From Octopus vulgaris (lineage: Eukaryota): a stretch of DNA of 64,000 nucleotides. Positions 11,371-22,482 of this stretch are shown one piece after another; position 1 is the first letter of the stretch, and every line of letters begins with the position of its first letter. The notes under the pieces were generated by a model that was not told the origin of the DNA, did no database searches, and saw only the letters and a list, made by a program, of their open reading frames with translations. The position numbers were made by a program, and so were the translations under genes. The DNA lies in contig OX597822.1 in the NCBI GenBank assembly GCA_951406725.2, forward strand, positions 98,952,001-99,016,000, given 5' to 3'.

Positions 11371-14300
11371 TCAAGCTGGGTTTCTCACACCCACCTTTCT
11401 TTCCACTTCCTTCCATCTTTTCTCATACACACCCCGCGGCAAGGCCCTCCTCTCCAGCCCCATTTTGCTCTTCAGATGATATCTGAAGTAGGTGAGCAAG
11501 CTGGGGCCGGAGACAAAGGACCCTATCGCGGCTCCTTCCATTCTCGTTCTCCACATGCATTCCTTTACCACTGCAACCGTGCAGTGAAAACATGCCTCAC
11601 CTTCCTTCGAGAGTCCAGTTGGCGGTATCATCTTAATCATAGACTCAGCCGACAGCTGTACTCGTCCCAGATGCGATAACACGTGTTCTGCGTAACTTAT
11701 CAAGTCGGACAACTTCCGACAGTGAACAAAAGCGTGCTGGACGGTTTCATCGTCCAACCCGCACCTTGGACACGTCGGTGGCACTTGAACTCCGTGCCGC
11801 GATAACTTCTCGCGAACAGGTAAAGCATTCCTGTAGCACTGCCAGGCCAGGGATCTTTGGAAATTATCCAAATACCCCGACCTGAAAGTTTTTTTAAACA
11901 GGTTGGCAAGCTGGTCTTCATCAAACCCCAGAGCCCCTCCTAGGACGTCGTCATTTTTTGCTTCCACCAGCCCTCTATAAAATACCGAGGTGGTATTTCC
12001 GCAGCCGGCCTTGCCCGTCCTGTGGATCAGCGTGAGTGCCTGTCGGCACTCCTTTTGCCATGGAGTCAGTTTCCATCTTTTGATGTAACCGGGTTTAAAA
12101 TTCACTAAGGAGGCCGGTCTCGGGAAAAAACCCTCTGCCAGCGGACTCCACACCTTATCACCCTCCAGGTGGTGCCAGAGGTGCCTTAGCCTCAACGCAT
12201 GTCTGCGCATCATCAACCAAGGCATCCCTAACCCACCCTTTAACGGTTCTTGGCAGCAAACGGAGCGTCTCACAAGTGGCTTTCCTCCTTTCCACAAAAA
12301 GCGGAAAAGGATTCGTTCCAACTTGTTAAGCCATGAATCGGGGCAAGGGACGACGGTCAGGCGGTAGGTGATTACAGATGCAATGAACATCTGTACCACC
12401 TCCGCCTTTCCTTTCAAGGACAGAGACCTTCCGGACCAGGTCCGTACTATGGCCTCCACCTTGCTCGTCACCTCACTCCAGTTCTTCTCCGTTTGGGAGT
12501 CTGGTCCAAACCAAACTCCCAGCAACTTAACAGGGCCATCCGTCCAGTGTCCCACGACACTGGACGATATCGGCTTGCTCCTCCAGGTGCCGAGGCGCAA
12601 GCCAACCGATTTGTCCTTGTTAACCCTTGCTCCTGCCACCGCCTCGTATCCTCTGATAGCCTCCTCTACACAAGGTAGTTGGGCCTCTTTGGACACGATG
12701 AGGGTGACGTCATCCGCGTAAGCAGTAACCGTCCTCCCACCTCCGATTTCATCCGAGTTACTCCCCAGCCTCTCCAACTTTCGCAGCAGTGGCTCAAGAG
12801 CCAATACGTACAAAAGTGGTGACAAGGGGCACCCCTGACGCACTGAACACTTGATCGAAAACGGTTCCGTTAGGTAACCGTTTATCTGGACGGTGGACTT
12901 GATGCCGCTATACATAGCGGAGATCCACCCGCGAAATTCAGGGCCCAGCCCAGTCGCTTCGAGGACCGTCGCCAGGTACCCATGGTCTACCCTATCGAAG
13001 GCTTTACTTTGGTCTAAATGGACCATTACCCCACCTTTGCCGGCTAATTTACCCACCCTATCTAAGGTGTAGCGTATAAGGTGAAGATTGTCCTGGATCG
13101 ACCTGCCTGGAATTGCACATGTCTGTGCTCTCCCTACAAGTTTCTCCACGACAACCGTCAACCTTTTTGCTAACACCTTGGCCAGAATCTTTAACTCTAC
13201 ATTAAGTAGAGTTATGGGCCTGTAGTTACTAATATTATCCCCCTTGCTCGGGTCTTTCTGGATTAGCGTCACCACTCCCCGGCTTACAGAACTGGGGATT
13301 CTCCCATTCTGCTGCCAGTTCGTGTAGACGCCTGCCAGTATTCCCCCGAACAAGTCCGGCATACTTTGGTAAAACTCATAGGGCAGACCATCCAACCCCG
13401 GCGACTTCTCCCCGGCGCATCCGGCCAGTATCTCCTTTATCTCCGCGGGAGTGATCGCTCCCTCACAGCACTCCACTTCACGCCCCGCGAGCCGCGGTCC
13501 GCCGGCCAGGAAGTCCTTTAAGGCCCTCCCCCGATCCAGCGAACCACCACCCCCGAACACGCGAGCGAAATGCTGGTGAAGAAACTTTTGCATCTCCTCC
13601 TGTCCATAGATCTTTTGTCCCTGTTCGTCAGTCAAAGATTTAATTGAGGCTCTATTGCCTCTCTTACTCTCCACACGACGGGCCCATCCGGCCACGTTAA
13701 TACCTTCTCGTTTCCCAGCACGCAGCTTAGCTCTGACTCTGCAACCTTCGTACTTGGAGTTAAGGTGACGGTACAATACCGTCCTTGCCGCCAACACTCC
13801 GGATGCAGAGCCAGCTTCCATTGCCTCGTCTAGATTCTTGACTAAATCGCCCTCTAGACTAGCCCTATCTATCCTTAGCTGATTGCTAAATCTGACGGAC
13901 TCTAAACGAATGGCTCTTTTGAGGGCGTGCCACCATCTATTGTTAATGATGGTGCCACACAATGCCCTCTGAACTAACACCTTAATCCGGGTACGGAAGT
14001 CTTCACAATTCAAAATAGCCTTGTTCAGCTTCCAGTACCCGGGTCCCTGTCTATGACACTTGTCTAATTGCACCTCACACGTCACAAATTTGTGATCCGA
14101 GTAAGGTACAATATGAAATTGTGGACAACTAAACGTATCCTTATCTCTTTTCTTAATAAATATCCTATCTAGATACGATCTGTGTGAGCCGTCGTTGTTA
14201 CTCCACGTCCACTGTGGAACGCTCGGCTCATCCAGTCGGTAACGGTCCACTAGATCAAAGCTCTCTAGTAGACCCTTGAGGCTAGGGTTCCCCTTCCTAT

Positions 14301-14760
14301 TGGTTGAGCCAACACTGTCGATGTGCGCTTCAAGGACAGTGTTAAAGTCCCCTACTAGGATTACTGTTTTCGACGTCGCTAAAAAGGGCTCCAGGTTCCG
14401 GAAAAAACCCGTCTGTCTACCCTCGTTCGGGGCGTAGACAGCTACCAACCTGAAGGACTGTTTACTTACGTGAGTCACATCCAGGACAACCAGCCTGCCT
14501 TCTGGGTCCAGAAAGACAGTACTTACCTGCAAGTCCAAGCTCTTCCTGATGAAGACTGCCACGCCTCTGCCTCTTCCTCGGCTAGGAGAAATAAATTTCT
14601 CGAAACCATTTAGAAGAGGCGAGAACGCTTGGGTCTCGCTCATCTTGGACTCGGTTGCAATAGCAATATCTACACTGTGTGTCGTGAGGTCGTTCAGGAA
14701 ACAAATTTGTTTCCGTTTCGACCCCATTCCACGTACATTTATACAGCCCAGCTTAGCCAT
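11371..14760 (-). CDS. LINE ORF2: APE endonuclease + reverse transcriptase + C-terminal zf-RVT, 1129 aa, uninterrupted
   Basis: APE motifs INVRG, ATES, VYAP, GDFN, LDRIFI, SDHK; linker GPGYWKLN; RT motifs KSPGLDG, NYRPITLLN, KAFDRVDH, VRQGCPLSP, AYADD; CPRC..ETVQHAFVHC zinc finger. This architecture is typical of Tx1/L1. Confidence 0.95.
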   Translation of the reverse strand: MAKLGCINVRGMGSKRKQICFLNDLTTHSVDIAIATESKMSETQAFSPLLNGFEKFISPSRGRGRGVAVFIRKSLDLQVSTVFLDPEGRLVVLDVTHVSKQSFRLVAVYAPNEGRQTGFFRNLEPFLATSKTVILVGDFNTVLEAHIDSVGSTNRKGNPSLKGLLESFDLVDRYRLDEPSVPQWTWSNNDGSHRSYLDRIFIKKRDKDTFSCPQFHIVPYSDHKFVTCEVQLDKCHRQGPGYWKLNKAILNCEDFRTRIKVLVQRALCGTIINNRWWHALKRAIRLESVRFSNQLRIDRASLEGDLVKNLDEAMEAGSASGVLAARTVLYRHLNSKYEGCRVRAKLRAGKREGINVAGWARRVESKRGNRASIKSLTDEQGQKIYGQEEMQKFLHQHFARVFGGGGSLDRGRALKDFLAGGPRLAGREVECCEGAITPAEIKEILAGCAGEKSPGLDGLPYEFYQSMPDLFGGILAGVYTNWQQNGRIPSSVSRGVVTLIQKDPSKGDNISNYRPITLLNVELKILAKVLAKRLTVVVEKLVGRAQTCAIPGRSIQDNLHLIRYTLDRVGKLAGKGGVMVHLDQSKAFDRVDHGYLATVLEATGLGPEFRGWISAMYSGIKSTVQINGYLTEPFSIKCSVRQGCPLSPLLYVLALEPLLRKLERLGSNSDEIGGGRTVTAYADDVTLIVSKEAQLPCVEEAIRGYEAVAGARVNKDKSVGLRLGTWRSKPISSSVVGHWTDGPVKLLGVWFGPDSQTEKNWSEVTSKVEAIVRTWSGRSLSLKGKAEVVQMFIASVITYRLTVVPCPDSWLNKLERILFRFLWKGGKPLVRRSVCCQEPLKGGLGMPWLMMRRHALRLRHLWHHLEGDKVWSPLAEGFFPRPASLVNFKPGYIKRWKLTPWQKECRQALTLIHRTGKAGCGNTTSVFYRGLVEAKNDDVLGGALGFDEDQLANLFKKTFRSGYLDNFQRSLAWQCYRNALPVREKLSRHGVQVPPTCPRCGLDDETVQHAFVHCRKLSDLISYAEHVLSHLGRVQLSAESMIKMIPPTGLSKEGEACFHCTVAVVKECMWRTRMEGAAIGSFVSGPSLLTYFRYHLKSKMGLERRALPRGVYEKRWKEVERKVGVRNPA

Positions 14761-14788
14761 TGTGGGTGAGAGAAGGAAATGTATATAC

Positions 14789-16212
14789 TCACGGTTGCGA
14801 GAGGGAGCATGACAGTTTCAATCTGCCTGCTTCCCTTTCTTCCGTTGCTGCAGGGTTCTTGACCGGCGTTGCCACTGGGCTCTGGGTGGGTGTGGTTGCC
14901 GGGGTTATTGCCAGTTTACCCTCCATTACCTCCTTGGTTACATCTCTAATAAGACGGTTCCTCAGGTGTTCCTGAAGAACCTCCTCCTTCCACTCGTTCT
15001 CCCCTACCTTCGCGAAACGAGCGGTCGCCTTCCCATCTGAGGTTCTACTATACAGTGGAAATCTCGCGAGTTTGCAGCATTTGTAAACTTTTTCATTTTT
15101 TTCATCAAAGGCTATAATTCTTTCGTTTTTCGATATGCACTTTTTGATGTCTTGTTTTATGGGGAGGGGTTTGGCAAACTGTTTTCCAATGAAAACAGTG
15201 CCATGGGGGTAGGGTTGGGGGATTTGTTTAATGTGTGTGTCTGCTGTGTTTGTTGTTTTTTTCCTTGTTTGGGGAGGGGAGTCCTGGGTGTTCTCTTTTT
15301 TCTTTTGTGTGTGACTTGTGTGTAGTCCATTGGTTCTTTTGAATCCGTTTTCGTTTCCGTACTTGTCTTCTTCATTTGGTTGTTCTTGCTTGTTTCCTCC
15401 CCTTCAGTGACAGGTACACTTTGAGGAGGCGTTTCTTCTGTTCTTTTTTTCTTAATGCAGTTGGACCGGACGTGACCCTTCTCTCCACACTTGAAGCATC
15501 TGGGTCTACGTCCCTCCACCGACACTCTCATGGACGTGCCGTCCTCATTAAAAATTCTGTCAGGCAGGCTCTCCAAGATCTTGTTCTCTGCCTGTACGAG
15601 GAGTTCCAAGGTCTGACCCTTCCAGCGTACCACTTCCTTCCTTCTCATTTGCAGAATTGAAATTTCCCGCTCCATGTTGTGTAGTACCGCCGCTGCCACC
15701 CACATGATGTCGTACCCTCTGGGTATGTCATCTACCACTAACTTTGCAGTTCGTTTCCCCATATACGAGGGTAACAACATGATGTCGTCGCTTTTTAAGG
15801 TTAACGACGACACCTCCTTCGCCACTTCTGCCGTGTCGAAGTGCACCTCTACCGTAGCACTACGTGCGCCTCTCGCGATGTGACGAATTCTGTCCCACAC
15901 CGGGGACAGGCACTTCTCAACAATTTCGTTTTTCGCGTCCATAATCTTTTTTTCCTTAAAGCTATACACTTTATAAGTTACAATCCTTTCCTTGATTTCT
16001 TGCACTTTCGCTTGCGGCGGTACCAGCCTTATCTCTCCTCCTTCCACCTTTACAAGATTCCTGTATTCATACAGCTGTTCGATCTTGAATTCGACCTCTA
16101 TCATAGCGCCGCCCACCGCGGCCGAGAATGACTGTTTGGTTACTGGGTTTTCCATGGTTTCACCTTTTCCCATCACGGGAAAATCGTCCTTCGACGTTAA
16201 GTCGAACTCCAT
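14789..16212 (-). CDS. LINE ORF1 (gag-like, CCHC zinc knuckle), split by a -1 frameshift; about 474 aa if restored
   Basis: Zinc knuckle CFKCGEKGHVRSNC; likely start ATG at 16212. Frame 0 stops at 15157, but the -1 frame is open from the A7 run (15256-15262) to a TGA at 14789-14791, 28 nt before the ORF2 ATG. Confidence 0.8.
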
Positions 16213-17152
16213 CACCTCAAAGGTAGCAAATTTCAAATAATACAAAATTTTCTGCCCCGTAGGGCGAAAATCACCGTTTCACAACGGGCACTGTTCAAAG
16301 CAGTTGGTACAAACAATAAATTCACAACTTCGACTCTCTTAAATGGGAGCAGCAATTTTCTCACAACGCAAACAGAAAAATAACGCAATTAACAGAAGCG
16401 GTACTCAGTAGAATGCTTAATGCTAGCTAATTAGCATATAATCTAATGTAAAAGCCGTGCACACTGCCATCTGGACTATTCCATTTCTGCACTTAAATTT
16501 TATTTTATATTTATTCCCATTCATGTGAAACCACTGATTCAAGTTCAAGTCATTGATGCAATTTCATACCAATTGCTATTTTTACTTTTGTTATGTTACG
16601 ATAATATTATACTTTAGTTTGATTTTAATTATTACTTACTACATATAATTCAATTGTTATTATTATTTTTATTGTTAAAGTGAAAGTATCTGACATAAAA
16701 TAGGGAAATGTTTTTGTTTCACTTTTAACATGTAATACTGAAATAGTGGAGAAGATATGATATTGCTATGGGCTCGCTCTAGGCAAGAAGTTGAACATTT
16801 TTTTTGCCCATGAAACTACATGGACCCTAAGTAAGGCATGTGTAAAATTTGAATGAAATTGTTTGTGTAGTTCTCAAGTTTTAGGAAAACACACAGACAG
16901 ACACACATTCTCAGTTTTATATATATAAAGATGTATGTGTGTGTATATGAATATACATATATATATATATATAGTTAATCCTCCAAAAAGGAAGAAAAAC
17001 CACAACAAGAAAAAACAACAATGAGAGGACGTGGCACATACAAAGTATTAGTAGATGCTCAGGGAAAGAAAGAAAGGTAGTTTTATGTCTCGAGTAAAGC
17101 TCCTCAGAAACCGGAGGCAGAGGAAAGTCCAAGAGAAAAGGAAGATGGAGGA

Positions 17153-17190
<38 letters not shown>

Positions 17191-18580
17191 CATCATCATC
17201 CTCATTTAACATCCGCTTTCCATGCTAGCATGGGTTTGACAATTTGACGGAGGTCTGGCGAACCAGACACCAATCTGATCTGGCAGAGTTTCTACAGCTG
17301 GATGCCCTTCCTAATGCCAACCACTCCAAGAGTGTGGTGGGTGCTTTTATGTGCCACCGGCACATGGGCCAGTTTGGAGGTACTGGCAACGGCCATGCCC
17401 AAATGGTGCTTTTTATGTGCTACCTGCACAGGAGTCAGTCCAGCGGCACTGATGATGACCTCGCTTGAGCGGCACTGGCGACGACCTCGCTATACACACA
17501 CATACACATACATATTCAATGTGTATGTGTGTCTTTGTGTGTGCGCTTGTCCCCTCACCACTGTGTGATAACTGTTGCTGGGTGTATTTATATCCCACGA
17601 CTTAGAGGTTTGGCAAAAGAGTCCAATATAAATATCAGGCTTTACAAAATATAAAAAATAAATAAATACAGGTTTTGATTTGTTCAACTAAAATTCCTCA
17701 AGGCAATGCTCCAGCATGGCTGCAGTCTAATGGCTGAAACAAGTAAAAGATAAATGTATAAAATTACACAGAAAAACAAAAAAAAATTAGGAAAGCAAAA
17801 GTTCATAGTAGTTCTTCATAGATAAGTAAATTTCTTGAAGTTCAGACTCTAACCTTTCTTATCTGTGAAGTTAGAATATGAATTCTCTGGATATCTACCT
17901 ATCCAGGAAGAACTACTACAAAGGAATACTTGGAATTTTCATTCTCTCTTTTATCTGTGAAAAAATATTATGAATTTTTGATTTCTTGATTTTCCTGCTT
18001 TTCTGCTTAGTTATATTTATATTCACTTAAAAGGCGGCGAGCTGGCAGAAACGTTAGCATGCCCGGTGAAATGCTTAGCAGTATTTCGTCTGCCGTTACG
18101 TTCTGAGTTCAAATTCCGCCGAGGTCGACTTTGCCTTTCATCCTTTCGGGGTCGATAAATTAAGGACCAGTTACGCACTGGGGTCGATATAATCGACTTA
18201 ATCCAATTGTCTGTCCTTGTTTGTCCCTTCTATGTTTAGCCCCTTGTGAGCTATATATATTTATATTCACTTCTGTATTGTGTGCTATATATATTTATAT
18301 TCACTTCTGTATTATTTTTTGTATGTGTTTTGATGCCATTAACAACCAATAATCCATCTTTGATTTTAAAAATAGGAATTACAAATTATAGACAATAATG
18401 TCTCGTTGCATCATACACACACAAGCACATGAAAGCACATATACATACACACACATACAGGCACATACACAATCTCTATAACACACAAACACACACACAA
18501 CACACACACAAATACATGCACACATACACACTTACACACATGATTGCATAATTTACCTCTTAGAATTAATTATTAACTGA

Positions 18581-18985
18581 TAGGTGCAGGAGTGGCTGTG
18601 TGGTAAGTAGCTTGCTTCCAAACCACATGGTACCGGGTTCAGTCCCACTGTGTGATACCTTGGGCAAGTGTCTTCTACTATAGCCTCGGGCTGACCAAAG
18701 CCTTGTGAGTGGATTTGGTAGATGGAAACTGAAAGGAGCCCATTTTATATATGTGTGTGTGTGTGTGTGTATGTTTGTGTGTGTGTTTGTCCCCCCAACA
18801 TCGCTTGACAACCGATGCTGGTGTGTTTACGTCCTCGTCACTTAGTGGTTCGGCAGGAGAGACCGATATAATAAGTACTAGGCTTACAAAGAATAAGTCT
18901 TGGGGTCGATTTGCTCGACTAAAGGCAGTGCTCCAGCATGGCCGCAGTCAAATGACTGAAACAAATAAAAGTAAAAGGAAAAGGA
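18581..18985 (+). mobile_element. tRNA-derived SINE family B with a central (TA/TG)n microsatellite
   Basis: Head GCAGGAGTGGCTGTGTGGTAAG..GGTTCAGTCCC, tail GCATGGCCGCAGTCAAATGACTGAAACAAGTAAAAG. Other copies: 3150-3965(-), 10238-17752(+, split), 21041-21508(+), 22909-23136(+), 24117-24537(-), 32620-33255(+), 45905-46760(+), 56229-56628(-), 56898-57770(+), 60995-61165(-), 61295-61648(+). Confidence 0.85.
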
Positions 18986-19174
18986 AAGGAAAGGATTGAG
19001 ATAAGATGAGAAAATAGTGACAAATCAAACATGAGAAATTTGTTGATATTTTTACAAAAAAACATATTTCGAACATTCTTGCCTAAAAAAAAAAAAGGGG
19101 CCAAAAAGACACTATAAATTTTTTAATAGATTTTAGGAATTCCAATTTATAACAAACAAAAAGAAAATTTCAAT

Positions 19175-19243
19175 TTGCATAAGTGGGGTTTGAACCCACA
19201 AGGACAAGCATCTATTAAAACTTAAGTCCACTGCCTCAACCAT
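19175..19243 (-). pseudogene. Decayed tRNA-Leu(TAA) copy
   Basis: Minus strand TGGTTGAGGCAGTGGACTTAAG...GTGGGTTCAAACCCCACTT: anticodon arm, long variable arm and T arm recognisable; acceptor stem lost. Confidence 0.55.
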
Positions 19244-19385
19244 CGTGTGGGACAACAGCCATCGAGCGGGACAACAAAATTTATCACTGCTTCATGCTAG
19301 CAGTGATAAAATATGTCATATGAATAAATAGTTTATTGTTTAACCATAATCTTATCATTTCTAGCAGAATAACAAATGATGTAGA

Positions 19386-19426
<41 letters not shown>

Positions 19427-19486
19427 TATATATATGTATATATAAATATATATATACATATATATATATATATATGTATATATATT

Positions 19487-19517
<31 letters not shown>

Positions 19518-19529
19518 GTGTGTGTGTGC

Positions 19530-19567
<38 letters not shown>

Positions 19568-19642
19568 CTATATATATGCATATATATATTTATATATATA
19601 ACTTCCATGGGTTCAATATCTTTTGCAGTTCTTATGATGTTA

Positions 19643-19675
<33 letters not shown>

Positions 19676-20007
19676 GCTTTTATTATCTGCAGTCCAATAT
19701 TTACATATCTGCCATAGTCCACCAGAATCTGTCCTGGCCAATGTATTGCAACTGAATTAATCATAATATTAGGAAACTTCATAGAAATTATGCATAACAA
19801 GCTTTTACCTAAATAACATACACCCTTTCTCTCTCTTTTACGCACACACGCACTCACACATACACACACACACCAACCAGCACAAACACGTGCTGTGTGC
19901 GTGAAAAACGTCTGTGTAGTTTGCCTCTTGGAAACAAATATTATTCTATTGGGATCATACAGGACATGAAAACAAATCGAGATATGAGAAAATTACTGAT
20001 ACTTTCA

Positions 20008-20545
20008 GAAGAGGAAGAGGAGGAGGAGAAGGAGAGAGAAGAGGAAGGGGATGAAGGAAAAGGAGGATGCAGATAAAGGATGAAGGAACACTAGGAAGAA
20101 GAGGAGGAGGGGGAAGAAGAGGAAGAGGATGAAGGAAGACTAGGAAAAGGAGAAGGAGGGGAGGAAGAGGAAAAGGAGGAAGAGGATGAAGGATGAAGGA
20201 ACACAAGGAAGAAGAGGTGGAGGGGGAAGAAGAGGAAGGGGATGAAGGAAAACTAGGAAAAGGAGAAGAAGGAGGGAAGGAAGAGGAAAAGGAGAAGAAG
20301 GAGGGAAGGAAGAGGAAAAGGAGGATGCGGATAAAGGATGAAGGGACACTAGGAAGAAGAGGAGGAGGGAGAAGAAGAGGAAGAGGATGAAGGATGAAGG
20401 AACACAAGGAAGAAGAGGAGGAGGGGGAAGCGTAAAAGGAGGAAGAAAAGGAAAAGGAAGAGGAAGAGGAAGGAAAGAGAAAGGAAAAAGGAAGAGGAGG
20501 TGGAGGAGGAGGAGGAAGAAAAAAGAAGAGATGAAGAGGATGCAG
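20008..20545 (+). repeat. Polypurine low-complexity tract with internal duplications
   Basis: GAA/GGA-rich; GGATGAAGGAACAC and CTAGGAA sub-units recur. Confidence 0.9.
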
Positions 20546-22103
20546 AGGGGTGAAGCTGTGGAAGTAGAGAGGTTCAGGAGAACAGGCATTACTGTGGAAG
20601 CAATATAACAGACAATGTGAGAAGACCAAGTACTTGTAGATAGATAATAAGTCTTCAAGTGAAATATTAAGATATTTTCCTGCCTACACAAAGTATTTAT
20701 AATAAAAAAATTTTTTTTTTTTTCTATACATTGTGCAGTGAAGCACAATGGCTGAGTGGTGTAGGTGTTGGACTTAATACCCAATTGCATTCATGGTTTC
20801 AATCCCTCCTTGTGTTAATGCAATATCTTTTATTACCTCTTGTGTTCCTTAAGGTTTTATTCAATTTTAAAATAATTATTCTGAAAATTTTGTTTATTTA
20901 TTTTAATTTCTGAATATTTCAAGTATCCTTTTTTGGTAAAGATAGCTGTAATTCTCCCTTTTTTTTTAGTTTTCATTTCGTAACTGACTCCACTGAGTCA
21001 ATATCAGTTTCCATTAAGACTTACATTGTATATTTCTAAAGAGTGGCTGTGTGGTAAGTAGCTTGCTTACCAACCACATGGTTCCAGGTTCAGTCCCACT
21101 GCATGGTACCTTGGGCAAGTGTCTTCTACTATAGCCTCGAGCCAAACAAAGCCTTGTGAGTGGATTTGGTAGATGGAAACTGAAAGAAGCCTGTCGTATA
21201 TATATATGTGCTGAGGCCCCTTCGGTCATCACTGACCATGGGATTGCACCTAGAAAGTTACCCTCCCAGGTAGAAGTCCAGGCAAGGTTGTTTATGGAAG
21301 ACCAGCAGTCACCCATGCATACTGACCTCCCCTCTCCATGCCACTAATATTATCGAAGGGAAAAGCAAAGGCTGATACAGCTTGGCACCTGTGACGTTGC
21401 AACTCATTTCTACAGCTGAGTGAACTGGAGCAATGTGAAATACTAGGCTAGACTAACTGTGGTGCTCCAGCATGGCCACAGTCAAATGACTGAAGCAAGT
21501 AAAAGAATTGCTCTCTGACAAGTTTATGCTTAAGCCTGTGGCAGTGGACACCATTGGCGTTTTGAACCCCCAGACCACATCTCTGCTCCCCACTATCGGT
21601 TTGGAGTGCAAGCCCCATTAGTCAGAGTGACTGTTCTTGCACATTTCCTTTGCCATCCTCCAGGTAAAGCCTGGTACTTATCCTATTGGTCTCTTATACT
21701 ATGAAACCACCAAAATTATGGGGGTGTAAGCATGCCAACACCAGTTATCAAGTGGTGGAACAGCCATTCCGACTCATGGGCTCACACTTGCAGATAGCCA
21801 TCTCTGCATCAACAGTGGTGAGCAGGGATATGGTCCAGGGGTTGAGAATACTGGAGGTCTCTACTGCCTTTTCTATTTTGTCTGCTGAGATCATAAGGTG
21901 GTCTGACCTACAGGAAATCAAAAGAATGTAAGGGTTTTGTAGATTACTACTCAGACTACAGATTTGCACCTAGATTATAGAAATTTTGGTAAAGATGCAC
22001 ACCTCTTGAAGGAGGATATGATATGCTATGCAGCTTTTTAATTCTATATTTGCTTAGTAATTGTTTTCATTTAGACTCAGATGAAACATATTTTCTTTTT
22101 AAA

Positions 22104-22482
22104 TCTCTCTCTATATAAAGCTGAAGTTGTCTGTGTATGGCAGGTTTGGTAGCTTTCAACTAACACTATCTTCTCTGAGACCCTGTGGCGCAAGTTGACC
22201 AAAATTGAGAGTATGATAGAAGAAGGCTTGCTCTTCCTTTCGTAGAAGAAAAAATTCAAATCGGACCATGTTAACACCAAAAATTATTTACATCAAAAAG
22301 GTGCATTTTTTCTATGAAAATACCTATTTTTTACGATTTTTTGACTGCTGTGTCACCATTTTTCGGTGTATTTCAGCCAGAAAAATGTTCACTTGAAGAG
22401 AATAACAAGCTACATAATGCAAAATTTTTACTTTTCAAAAATTCCAATTCTAAAGGGTCGAAACGCCGGGTGATACTGCTAG
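22104..22482 (+). mobile_element. Non-autonomous Helitron, second family (3' hairpin partly deleted)
   Basis: Starts A|TCTCTCTCTATATAAAG, ends ...AACGCCGGGTGATACTGCTAG|T. Confidence 0.7.

Larger units (their letters stand above)
11136..16396 (-). mobile_element. Full-length Tx1/L1-clade non-LTR retrotransposon (ORF1 + APE-RT ORF2)
   Basis: Flanked by the perfect 16-bp direct repeat AGCGGTACTCAGTAGA (11120-11135 and 16397-16412). The 3' end on the minus strand reads ...AATAAAGAAATA with no poly(A). Two ORFs; visibly GC- and CpG-richer than the flanks. Confidence 0.95.
10437..16931 (-). mobile_element. Non-autonomous Helitron (about 1.2 kb net) hosting the Tx1-like LINE
   Basis: Minus-strand 5' end A|TCTTTATATATATAAAA at 16931. 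3' end CTAG|T at 10437-10440, with the hairpin GACCCG-N7-CGGGTC just inside. Termini resemble the small Helitrons elsewhere in the window. Confidence 0.7.

Noticed and set aside
19955-20790. 224-aa and 216-aa Pro/Ser/Leu-rich ORFs
   Set aside because: Antisense reading of a polypurine tract.
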